A stretch of 64,000 bases of DNA from Rebecca billardiae RCC1528. Lineage: Eukaryota > Protista > Haptophyta. The stretch spans positions 1,302,001 to 1,366,000 of the forward strand of contig OZ251236.1 of NCBI GenBank assembly GCA_965240325.2. Direction: 5' to 3'. A program made the position numbers and the translations under genes. How positions within the stretch are numbered: the first letter of the stretch is position 1; every line of letters begins with the position of its first letter. The notes below the pieces were generated by a model. The model searched no databases. It had not been told where the DNA came from and saw nothing but the letters and a program-made list of their open reading frames with translations. Below, piece after piece: positions 23,675-34,099 of the stretch.

Positions 23675-25471
23675 CCGGACTTACTTTACACTTTACAACT
23701 TTACAGGCCCTCTCGCGCCCGCGGCCCGGCGGCGGCGCGGCGGCCGGCGGGCCAGCATGCGTCCGGTCGGACTGGCCGGACATGTCCGGCTGGGCTCCCG
23801 GACCTACTTTACACTTTACAACTTTACACGCCGGGCTGGGTGCTGGCCTGGCTCGTGCTCGATGCCCCGTCCGGACGTGCGCTCCCGGACCTACTTTACA
23901 CTTTATACAACTTTACAGGCCCTCTCGCGCCCGCGGCCGGCCGGCCGGCGGCGCGGCGGCCAGCATGCGTCCGGTCGGACTGGCCGGACATGTCCGGCTG
24001 GGCTCCCGGACCTACTTTACACTTTACAACTTTACACGCCGGGCTGGGTGCTGGCCTGGCTCGTGCTCGATGCCCCGTCCGGACGTGCGCTCCCGGACTT
24101 ACTTTACACTTTACAACTTTACAGGCCCTCTCGCGCCCGCGGCCGGCGGCGCGGCGGCCAGCACGCGTCCGGTCGGACTGGCCGGACATGTCCGGCCGGG
24201 CTCCCGGACCTACTTTACACTTTACAACTTTACACGCCGGGCTGGGTGCTGGCCTGGCTCATGGTCGATGCCCCGTCCGGACGTGCGCTCCCGGACCTAC
24301 TTTACACTTTACAACTTTACAGGCCCTCTCGCGCCCGCGGCCGGCGGCGCGGCGGCCACGGCATGCGTCCGGTCGGACTGGCCGGACATGTCCGGCTGGG
24401 CTCCCGGACCTACTTTACACTTTACAACTTTACACGCCGGGCTGGGTGCTGGCCTGGCTCGTGCTCGATGCCCCGTCCGGACGTGCGCTCCCGGACCTAC
24501 TTTACACTTTACAACTTTACAGGCCCTCTCGCGCCCGCGGCCGCGGCGGCGCGACGGCCAGCATGCGTCCGGTCGGACTGGCCGGACATGTCCGGCTGGG
24601 CTCCCGGACCTACTTTACACTTTACAACTTTACACGCCGGGCTGGGTGCTGGCCTGGCTCGTGCTCGATGCCCCGTCCGGACGTGCGCTCCCGGACCTAC
24701 TTTACACTTTATACAACTTTACAGGCCCTCTCGCGCCCGCGGCCGGCCGGCCGGCGGCGCGGCGGCCAGCATGCGTCCGGTCGGACTGGCCGGACATGTC
24801 CGGCTGGGCTCCCGGACCTACTTTACACTTTACAACTTTACACGCCGGGCTGGGTGCTGGCCTGGCTCGTGCTCGATGCCCCGTCCGGACGTGCGCTCCC
24901 GGACTTACTTTACACTTTACAACTTTACAGGCCCTCTCGCGCCCGCGGCCGGCGGCGCGGCGGCCAGCACGCGTCCGGTCGGACTGGCCGGACATGTCCG
25001 GCTGGGCTCCCGGACCTACTTTACACTTTACAACGTTACACGCCGGGCTGGGTGCTGGCCTGGCTCGTGCTCGATGCCCCGTCCGGATCTGCGCTCCCGG
25101 ACCTACTTTACACTTTACAACTTTACAGGCCCTCTCGCCCCCGCGGCCGGCGGCGCGGCGGCCAGCATGCGTCCGGTCGGACTGGCCGGACATGTCCGGC
25201 TGGGCTCCCGGATCTACTTTACACTTTACAACTTTACACGCCGCGGGCTGGGTGCTGGCCTGGCTCATGGTCGATGCCCCGTCCGGACGTGCGCTCCCGG
25301 ACTTACTTTACACTTTACAACTTTACAGGCCCTCTCGCGCCCGCGGCCGGCGGCGCGGCGGCCAGCATGCGTCCGGTCGGACTGGCCGGACATGTCCGGC
25401 TGGGCTCCCGGACCTACTTTACACTTTACAACTTTACACGCCGGGCTGGGTGCTGGCCTGGCTCATGGTCG
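23675..25471 (+). repeat. Tandem satellite: 9 dimeric units of ~200 bp (18 AT-rich cores alternating with two GC-rich spacers)
   Basis: Core CCGGACCTACTTTACACTTTACAACTTTACA is followed alternately by spacer A (ggccctctcgcgcccgcgg...gccggacatgtccggc...) and spacer B (cgccgggctgggtgctgg...gtccggacgtgcgctc). Confidence 0.97.
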
Positions 25472-26132
25472 CGCCAGCCAGATCAGTCGCGCGCGCGCGG
25501 CGGCACTGCGCGCGCGCGGGGCGCGCGTGCCTTTCCTAGAAACTTCCGCAGAGCCGCGAGAAGGTTACACTTTACATAGTGACAGGGCTGGACCAGGCTT
25601 ACTAGTTACACATAGGAGACCACGACGTTACATATAGGAGGCATAGGCTACATTTCTACTATACGGCTTTTCTGGGGGGTGTAACCTTCTCGTGACAGGA
25701 CCACCACCCTGCGCGCTAACGCTCGCATATCAATCAAGCAGCGCTGCTGGCTGACGTCTCAACTCAGACGAATGTCTATATATATATATATATGTGTGTG
25801 AGTATAGATGACAGGATTCGTGCTGTAGTGACGATCGCGCGAGCCGCGCCGCGAGCCAACGAACCGCGGCAACCGCGTTACCGCCGACCGCGCGCGACCG
25901 TCACCGTGCGCGCGGGCCACTCGGGGCTAGCTGCGTCGAACCGCCGTGCCGAGTGCGGCGACTCGGATACAGATTGGTCAGAGAGCCCGCAAGCCGTGCT
26001 ACGTCTCAGCACGCCGAGCGCGAGGTCATTCGATACGCCACCGGGGTAGCGGCGCACCAACGCCACGAATAAGTTAGGATGATGATGTACGCGTGCACGG
26101 TGCCGGCACGTCGATCGCGCGCGCTGCTCGTG

Positions 26133-27225
26133 TCACAAGCGCTTGAGGCTCTTCTTTTTTTCGAGCTTGCGCTTGTCTATCAAGCTCTGCTCGTCCTTGC
26201 CCGGCCGCTGCTTCTTCTGCTGCTGCATCGCGTCCGCGCTCGACGAGCCCGCGTGCTCCGCCGACGAGGCGCCGCCCTCGGCGTTCGAGTCACCGCGGTC
26301 CGCGAGCTTGGGCCGCGCGTGGATGTCGCACAGGAGCCGCGCCTGCTTGGCGTACTCGACGTAGTCCTCCATGAAGAGCTTCGCCGCGTCCTCGTTCAGG
26401 GCGGACTCGGGGAAGGGGTTGATGAGCAGGCAGCGCACCACCTGCGCGAGGTCACGCCGCGCGCGTGCGCGCCGCGCCGGCGCGCGTCAGCCGCGCGTGG
26501 CGGTGCGGCAGGCGGCGCTGGGCGGCGGCGCGCGTGGCAGCGGCGCGGGGCACGCGCCTGCATGATGTGCCCGAGCGCAATGTCCTGCTTCCAGTCGCGC
26601 TTGAGCGTGTTCACGCAGATCTCGCCCGTCTTCGAGATGTTCGGGTGGAAGATCCTTGTTTGGAAGTACCCTGCGCGCGCATCGCCCGGCCAGGCGCTCG
26701 GAGTGAGTGGGGGCCAGCCCGCGCGCCGGGCCGCGCGCGCGTAGGCCGCGCGGGCACGCACCCTTGGGCGGCGACGCGGGAAAGTCGAATGGAAGGACTA
26801 GCTTCACTCTGAAGACGCCACCCTCGTACGGCGTGCCCTCTGCGCGCGTCGCGAGGGCGCCGGGCGCCACAGCGTGGCATCAGGCCGCGGAGCTGCCAGG
26901 TGGCAGGGTGGCACGGCGAGCGCGAGCGGCCGCGTGCCGCGCACCCGGCCCCTCAATGTCGATCCGGATGTCGGTCACGTCCTCCTCGTTCAGATGGATC
27001 TTGATGCCGGCAGGGGGCGACATTGAGAGCTTGCGCAGCTCCTTCGCGACGCCGCTCACCACCGCAGGAGCGATGTTCTCGTTTGACTGCGGGAGGGCGG
27101 CATGCGCACGGCGCGCGCGCACATGCGCACGCGCGGTCACGACGTCAAGGCCGCGGCGAGAGGCGCAGACGGCCTGGACCACACTGGCAAGGTGTGCACG
27201 CTCAGCGAGCCAGCGCACGCACCAT
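26133..27225 (-). CDS. UBE2S: Ubiquitin-conjugating enzyme E2 S, 5 exons
   Basis: Spliced product: M|SNENIAP..V.KELRKL...DIEGP|[14 protein letters not shown]...FPASPPK|[27 protein letters not shown]...HIMQ|[27 protein letters not shown]...KKKSLKRL*, ending in the typical UBE2S basic tail. Introns are 27222-27087, 26944-26840, 26761-26671 and 26557-26442 (GC donor). Confidence 0.93.
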
Positions 27226-27585
27226 CGTGGTCAGATGCCCGCGAGTACGGCAGCGGACGGGGGCGTGTGGGCTCGCGCAGGCAGCAGGAGCCTGTGGCGG
27301 GCGCTTGGAGGTCGCCACTGCTCGACGCTCGCTGCGTTCAGGCTGTGTTCATCTATTTTCGCTGAAACGCCAAGCGAAAGTCGCGGCCTTTTTTCCCAGC
27401 AGGATGAAAACATTTACTTTCCGACTTTTTGTCGGGCTTCGCGCCTTCGGCAGCAAGTAAAAGTTGAGAAAGCTCGGCGATGCCGATGAGCGCCCTCCCC
27501 AACCAACTCCAGAGCGTCGGCGGAGGCCGCACAAGGCGACTACAGTCGTCACACGGTCGTGCTTCGTTGCATCGTCGCCCGGCAC

Positions 27586-28680
27586 TCATTTCGTGTGCCG
27601 GCAGTTGCCCCAGATCTGGCCGCACTGCGTGCACAGGCGGCGGCCGTCGGGCGCGCGCTTTTGCGCGAGCTGCGCCTTGCGCTCGGCCGCTGTCTGCCTG
27701 CGCCGGCTCGGGTCAGAGGCGTCGCGCATCGCGTGCGGGAGCTCGGCGGCGGAGGCGGCGAGGGTGCAGCCCGGCGCATCCGCGCTCCCACCGCCCTCGC
27801 CCTCGCGCCCGGGCCCCTCGCGCCACCACGCCAGCACCACCTCGCGCAGCTGCCCCGGCAGCTTGAGGTACCAGAACGACACAAACGGCGCCGTCACCGC
27901 GCCCGACGAGCCCGAGCCCGCGCGCCGGCGCTCGCCCGCGGCGTTGTGCGCGCCCCGCGGCGAGGTGTACTTGTACCGGAAGGGCGGGCAGAGGTAGCAC
28001 GGACGCGCCGCGCCGAACCCGCTCGTGCCGTAGTACGCGCGGCAGTACACGTACGAGGGCATGAGCAGCAGGCACGGCTGGGCCGCGCGTGCGCAGAAGC
28101 TGAGCAGCCGCTCCACGTGGTCGGCCGTGTACGGCGGGTTGGTCACGAGCACGTCGAAGGCCGGGAGCGCACCGCGCGAGGCGGCGGCGTAGAAGTCCTC
28201 GTTCCGGTTGTACACGCTGCTGAACCCCAGCCCGGCCAGGTGCCTCGCCACAGAGCCGGCGCAGTAGTAAGGGTCGTAGATACGCAGCTCTGAACGCGAC
28301 TTGCCGAGCGAACGCGCCAGCCGGTCGAGGATGGGCGAGATGTGCTCGTACGCGACGAAGGGCGTCTCGGCGTGATCCGCGTCGCACGCTGGGAATGAGT
28401 AGCGCTCTGGCCGCGCCGGGCGCTGCTCGACGCCCTCGTCGCGTGCATGCGGCTGCTTCACTCGACGAGGCTCCTCGCCCTCCGGCGGGGACGGGCGCGG
28501 GCGCTTCCGCTCCTTGTGCCGCTGCACGGCGACCCTCGCGTCGGGCGTGGCAGGTGCATGCGCTGGGCAGTCCTCGTGCCTCACTGCTGGCGCCGCCGCA
28601 TCGGGCTTGTCCCTCTGCCTCCGCTTCCGCTTCTTCACTCTCCTCTTCTTCATCGTCGCGCCCAGCTCGTCCGCCGCCAT
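27586..28680 (-). CDS. NPPY-motif SAM-dependent amino-methyltransferase (N6-adenine MTase-like) with a basic NLS-like N-terminus and a C-terminal CCCH Zn-knuckle-like motif
   Basis: DHAETP, IYDPYYCAG (motif I-like), EDFY, DVLVTNPPY (motif IV), LLLMP; MKKRRVKKRKRR; CTQCGQIWGNCRH. Confidence 0.75.
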   Translation of the reverse strand: MAADELGATMKKRRVKKRKRRQRDKPDAAAPAVRHEDCPAHAPATPDARVAVQRHKERKRPRPSPPEGEEPRRVKQPHARDEGVEQRPARPERYSFPACDADHAETPFVAYEHISPILDRLARSLGKSRSELRIYDPYYCAGSVARHLAGLGFSSVYNRNEDFYAAASRGALPAFDVLVTNPPYTADHVERLLSFCARAAQPCLLLMPSYVYCRAYYGTSGFGAARPCYLCPPFRYKYTSPRGAHNAAGERRRAGSGSSGAVTAPFVSFWYLKLPGQLREVVLAWWREGPGREGEGGGSADAPGCTLAASAAELPHAMRDASDPSRRRQTAAERKAQLAQKRAPDGRRLCTQCGQIWGNCRHTK

Positions 28681-29231
28681 CGTGGACCGAGACTTAGAAA
28701 GCCGCCAGCGTTTTAGCACTGTCTTCTGCCCGATTTTCCTTATTCCTTTTCCTTTAGTTCATCGTTTCGGGTTCTCGGGCCCAGGCCGCTGCCCAGTGGC
28801 CGGGCGGGCGCCGCGGCCCCCCCGAGCTGATCAAGAGCCGGCTCGGTCTCGGGACGACGTCCGACCGGGCGACCGAGGTGACCAGTGCGGGCTCGGAGAG
28901 TTCGTCCGCATAGAGTGCCGCACCGGGGACTCAGGCGCTCCCCGTCGAGACCCGTACAAGACTCTACTAACACGTGTGCTCAGCCCACGCTAGTCCTCAG
29001 GTGCTACTGCAGACCACTGAGTGCTGATGGTGTGCTAGCAGAGGGCCTGTCGCGCGTCGCGCGGCAGGCGCTGATAACGCGCCGGCCAATCAACAGTCCA
29101 CGCCGCACCGAGCCGGCGCCCGCAGTCAGCGGGCGCGCGGAGGGAGCTCAGCGGCCGGGGTGGCCGTGCGCTGCCCCCCGCGATCGGCGATGGCGGGCCA
29201 CTGCCGTGCGCTGTCGGTCGTAATGCGCCGC

Positions 29232-29828
29232 TTAGAAGAGGTCCTCCTCCTTGTGCGTCTCGATCGTGCAGTCCGAGGTCGGGTACGCGACGCACGTGAG
29301 CACGAAGCCACCCTCCATCTGGCCGTCGTCGAGGAACGACTGGTCCGACTGGTCGATCGTGCCCGCCGCAACCTTGCCGCAGCACGTCGAGCACGCGCCC
29401 GCGCGGCACGAGTACGGGAGGTCGATGCCCTCCTCCTCGGCCTTGTCGAGGATGTACGTGTCATCCGGGCACTCGATCTTCGACTCGCCCGACGGGGTCA
29501 CGAGCGTCACGGTGTACATGTTCACCGACGGCGCGTTGCCCGTGCGGCGGAAGGCCGACGTGGCGACGTTGTAGGCCGAGGCCGAGGCAACGAGCGCAGC
29601 TGCTCGACGGCACGCGCGGGTGCGCGGGGGGCGTGCGCGCGTAATTAGCCGGCGAGCGCGTGCGCGCGCGCACACCGCATGGCAGCAGGCAAGCACGGGG
29701 CCGGCGCGCAGCGGGTACCACGAGGGTACCACGCTGCGGCTGGACGCCCTCAGGCAGCGCCGTCGCGTCGCGCCCGCCGCGCGCGCGCTCGGCAGCGCGC
29801 GCGCACCGAGGAGGAAGTGGCGGAACAT
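29232..29828 (-). CDS. petF: Nucleus-encoded plastid [2Fe-2S] ferredoxin
   Basis: [14 protein letters not shown]...[10 protein letters not shown]...[12 protein letters not shown]. Removing intron 29806-29600 gives the presequence [26 protein letters not shown] (signal peptide + transit peptide). Confidence 0.95.
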   Translation of the reverse strand: MFRHFLLGARALPSARAAGATRRRCLRASSRSVVPSWYPLRAGPVLACCHAVCARARARRLITRARPPRTRACRRAAALVASASAYNVATSAFRRTGNAPSVNMYTVTLVTPSGESKIECPDDTYILDKAEEEGIDLPYSCRAGACSTCCGKVAAGTIDQSDQSFLDDGQMEGGFVLTCVAYPTSDCTIETHKEEDLF

Positions 29829-30240
29829 TGCGAAAGACGAGGCCGACAACACACGCTGTTGATGACGCGAGCGAGCGCGGGGATCCTGCCGTGCGGCCTT
29901 CGGCCTGCGGCTCGGGGCTCGAGATCTCCGGAGATCCACAGCCTTGGCCAATCCGGACACATTCGCGAGAGTTCTCGCCGTCACGCTTCCGCGAAAGCGC
30001 GCCCCCGCCGCCACCGTCGAAACGCCTCCGACCTAAAAAAACCAAATGCGTCCGGACCAAACAAATCCGACGACTTGATTTTCCGCGTTGTCACCGTTTT
30101 CGGTCGTCAAACCGGCGCGGTGCATGCATTTCCCCGCGGAGAGGGTCGCTCCACGGGGATCCCGAGCAATGGCGTCGTCACTTCGGGTCCGATCCGCCTG
30201 CTGCTCCTAGGCGGCCACTAGGCGCGGCCCGCCAGATCCG

Positions 30241-33200
30241 ATGGTGCTCGAGGGCTTCGTCGCGAAGGCGCTGAGCGGTGCCCTCGGCGAGTGGCTCGAG
30301 GACATCACGCCGGACCGGCTGCACGTCGGCGGCCTGAGCGGCGACGTGCAGCTCGAGAATCTGAGCCTGCGCGTCGGCGCGATCGTGCCCGGACCGCTGC
30401 CGCTCGCCGTGCGCGGCGGGCGCGTGGGGCGGCTCGTGCTGCGCGTGCCGTGGGCCCACCTCTCCTCCCAGCCCACCGTCGTCCAGCTGCACGACCTCGA
30501 TGTCACGCTCGCCATCGCGGGCGCGCAGGAGGCTCACGCGGGGCCGCGGATGCGCCGCGCGGCCGCCGCGCCGCCGCCGCGAATCGAGCCAAAGTCGGTC
30601 GCGAAGGCGCTGCGCAACTTGCACGTGGCGGTGCACCGCGTGCGCATCCGCCTCCTAGCGCGCGCGGGCCCGCTCGACGAGCCGTACGCCGAGGCGGCCG
30701 CACCGACACTCGCCCTGAGCCTGTGTCTGGACAGGCTCAGCCTGGCCTCTCGGGATGGGCCGCGCCCGCACCACGCCGCCGAGCACGCCGCGGCGGCGGG
30801 CGAGGGGCGAGGCGCGAGCGAGCGGCAGCCCGCGGGCCCCGCCGCCGCGCCGAGCGAACCCCGCCCGCTCGGCGACAACGGCACGCGCGGGAGCGGCCGC
30901 GGCGGCGCGGACGCACCGGACGCGGCCGGCTCTGCGGCCGAGGGGGTGCCTCTTGCGCTGAGCAAGACGCTGACGCTCGACGGGCTGGCGGTGCGCGTGC
31001 TCGAGCTGGGGCACGCGCCCTCGGCCGAGGCGCTGCGCACGGCGGGGCTCCCGGGCGCGCCCGTGCCCGGTAGATCCCCCGGCGCGACAACGGGCGCGGC
31101 CGCTGGGCCTGCGCACAGCGCCGCGCCGAGCTGGCCCGCGCCGGCGGGCACGGCGGTGGCGCTGAGCGGGAGCGCGGCCGGCGCGGCGGACGACGGCGCG
31201 GTGCTGGGGCCGCTGAGCGCGCGAATCGAGTGCGAGCTCAGCCTCCCGCCGTGCCCGGACGAGCGCGCGCTCGCCCGCGCCGCGCAGCACGCCTCTGCCG
31301 GCGCGGCCGCGGGCGGCGCGGCTGGCGGCGCGAGCGGCGCTGCGCACAGCGTGGCGGACGCCGATGCGGCCGACGCGCACGCGGCGGCGGCGGCGCGGGA
31401 GGAGCGGCTCCGGCGGCGGCGGCAGGCGCCGCCCGCGCAGCTTGCCCTCAGCATCTCGGACCTCGCGCTCCGCCTCGACCGCTCCCAGTGCGCCGCGCTG
31501 CTCTGGCTGGCGGCCGCGTGCGCCGCGCCGCTGCGCGCCGCGCTCGCTCAGTGGCCTCCGCTGCCGCCCGCGCGCGCCGTGCGCGAAGGCGGCGCGCGGC
31601 AGTGGTGGGCGTGGGCCGCGCACGCGTGGCTGCACGAGACGCGCGCGCACGCAGCGGCCGCCGCCGCCGCCACGCCCGCGCTGCGCGCCCACGCCACCCC
31701 GGCGGCACCCGCAGCGCACGGCGCGCGCCCGGCGGCGCGCGCGCGGCGCGTGAGCGCCGTGCTGTGCACCGCGCTCGCCTGCCGGCTGCTCGTGGAGCGG
31801 GAGCTGCAGGCGGCGGCGGCGATGCGGCAGGCGGGCGCGGCGGCGGCCGCCGCGCGCGTGCGCGCTCAGCTGCGCGCACGGCGCCTCGGCCGGGTGCTCG
31901 GCGCCGAGCGCGCGGCCGCGTGCGCCGCCGTCGCGGCGGCCGAGGCGGCGGCCGCGGCCGCGGCCGCGGCCGCGGCGCCGGGCCTTGCCCAGAGCGGCCG
32001 GCGGATGAGCGGGGACGGCGGTACGCCCCCGGCACTCGCGCCCGCGGCCGCTCTGGGCCCGTGGCTGCTGCCCGCCGCCGCGTGCGTGCGCGTGCACCTG
32101 TCGCACTGCGCGCTCTCGCTGGACGCGCGGCCGTGGCGCGGCGGCGGCCGCGGCGGCGGCGGCGTCGGCGGTGACGGCGGTGGCGGCGGTGGAGGCGGTG
32201 ACGGCGGTGGCGGCGGCTTGCAGGGCCATCGGCTGCCGGGGCGGGGAGGCGAGGGCACGGGGCTCGAGCGTGGCGGCGTGGCCGACGATGCAGCGCACGA
32301 GGCGGAGGCTGACGAGCTGCCGCCCCTGCCCCTGCCACCGCCGCTCCTCCTCGCTGCCTCCGCGCGCTGCCTTCCCCTCGACACCGCCGCGCACGCGGCC
32401 GGCACGCTAGGCGCGCACGCGGCGGGCGCGCGCGCCGCCGAGCTTCGGGTTGAGGTGCGGCTGCGGCTGAGTGAGCACGCGGCGCCGACGGCGCGCGCCG
32501 AGCGCGCAGAGTCGGCCGGGCTGGGCGGCCTCGCCCTGCCCCTCGCGCGCGTCCCCAGCGAGCCCGCCTCGCCAGCCACAGGCGGTAGCGGCGGGGCGCC
32601 GCTGCCGTCCGCGCGCGCGTTGGCGGACGCGCGCGCAGCACAGCAGCCGCGCGGCCTCGGCATCGGGGGGCGGCTGCTGCGGCTGGGCGCTGCGCCGCAC
32701 GCGGGGCGTGGGCCCGCGCCGCTCGGCGCGGGCGAGCGCGGGCGCGCGCCGGGCGCCGAGCGGCCCCGGCCCCACTCGCCGCCGCCGCCGCCGCGCGTGC
32801 GCGTGCAAGCCGTAGCCCTCAGCGGCAGCGCGGCAAGTGTGCAGCTCAACTTCCGCTGCGCGCCGCTGCGCCCGCCCGCGGCCGCGCCCGCCGAGCGCGC
32901 GCGCGCCGGCGGCGGCGCAGGGGCAGAGACGCCGCGCGCCGCGACGGGGGGCGTCGGCGGTGCCGTCGGCGCGCTCGCGCGCCCTCGCTGCCGCGCGCGC
33001 GCCCTGCTCTGGGCGCGTGAGCTGAGCTTCAGCCTCAGCCCGCCGCCGCCGCCCGCGCGCGCGGGCGCGGACGCGGGCGCAGCCGCAGAGGGCGCGGCGG
33101 GCACGCGGGGCTCAGCCGCGGCCTCGGCGGGGCGCGCGCGCGCCACGCTGAGCTGCCGCGCGCGCGAGCTCGCGCTGGACGTGTGCGACGGACGCGCGGC

Positions 33201-34068
33201 CGAGGGGCGCGGCGGCGAGGGCAGGAGGCCGCCGCAGCCGCCTCCGCCTCCGCCGCCTCCGCCTGAGGCCGCGGCGCGCGCCGAGCACGGAGCTCCGTCC
33301 GCGGCGGCGGCGGCGGCGGCGGCGGCGGACGCGCCGAGCACGCCGCCGGTGGCTGCCGGCGTGGCCGTGGCAGCCACTGCCGGCGGCACGGCTGCGCTGC
33401 GGGCAGGGCTGGCAGGGGGCGGCACGGGCGGCGCGGACGGCGGCGGCGCCGACCCGCCTCGCCATGCCGACTCGTCCGGCGGCGGCGGCGGCGCGCCTCT
33501 CGCGCGGGCCGTCGACATGGCCGTGACGGTGGCATGGGGGCCAGAGGCGGCGGCGGCGGGCGTGCGCGCGGGCGGCGGCGGCGCGTGGCTCGGCGCGGAG
33601 CCGCCGGCGGGTGCATCGCCGCCGCCGCCGCCGCCCGCGCGCGTGCAGGTGCGCGCCGCGCACGGCTGCGTCGGCCTCAGCGCGGGCGCGGCGCCCCCTC
33701 TGCTTGCTCTGGCGCACGCGGCGGCCGTGCTGGCGCGCGGCCGCGTGTCGCGCGCCGCCATGTCGGCGGCGGCGACGCGCGGCGCGCCGATGCTGCGCTC
33801 GGCGTCCTCCAGCCGGCTGAGCCGCGCGGGCTCCGAGCGCTCTCTGCTGCACGCGCGCGGCTCACTCGGCGGCGGCGGCGGCGGCGCGTCCCGACTGCGC
33901 ACGCGCGCCGCCTCCTCCGTCGCGCTCCCGGAGGCGCCGGGCACGCCACTGCCGCCGGCGGCGGCGGCGCCGACCGCGCCGTCAGCCGGCGCGGAGATCG
34001 ACGTGAGCCTCGACAGCGCGCTCGTCGCGCTGGCCACCGCGCCGCCGCCCCAAGCCGCGGCCGGCTGC

Positions 34069-34099
<31 letters not shown>

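Larger units (their letters stand above)
20380..25693. mobile_element. Putative DNA element with terminal/subterminal inverted motifs, inverted satellite arrays and a decayed primase gene
   Basis: ACGAGAAGGTTACA at 20380-20393 and its exact reverse complement at 25680-25693, with a third forward copy at 25557-25570. Oppositely oriented CTTTACA arrays lie at ~21085-21540 and ~23675-25471. No clear TSD. Confidence 0.55.

Noticed and set aside
23675-25471. CRISPR-like repeat-spacer appearance
   Set aside because: Only two spacer types alternate rather than unique spacers, there are no cas genes, and the context is eukaryotic.
23675-25471. Telomeric repeat interpretation of (CTTTACA)3
   Set aside because: It does not match TTAGGG/TTTAGGG-type repeats, and the runs are short and internal.
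23434-25637. Three long overlapping + strand ORFs (701, 673, 626 aa)
   Set aside because: They are translations of the satellite. All three frames are open because the unit lacks stops, and indels swap the same peptides between frames.
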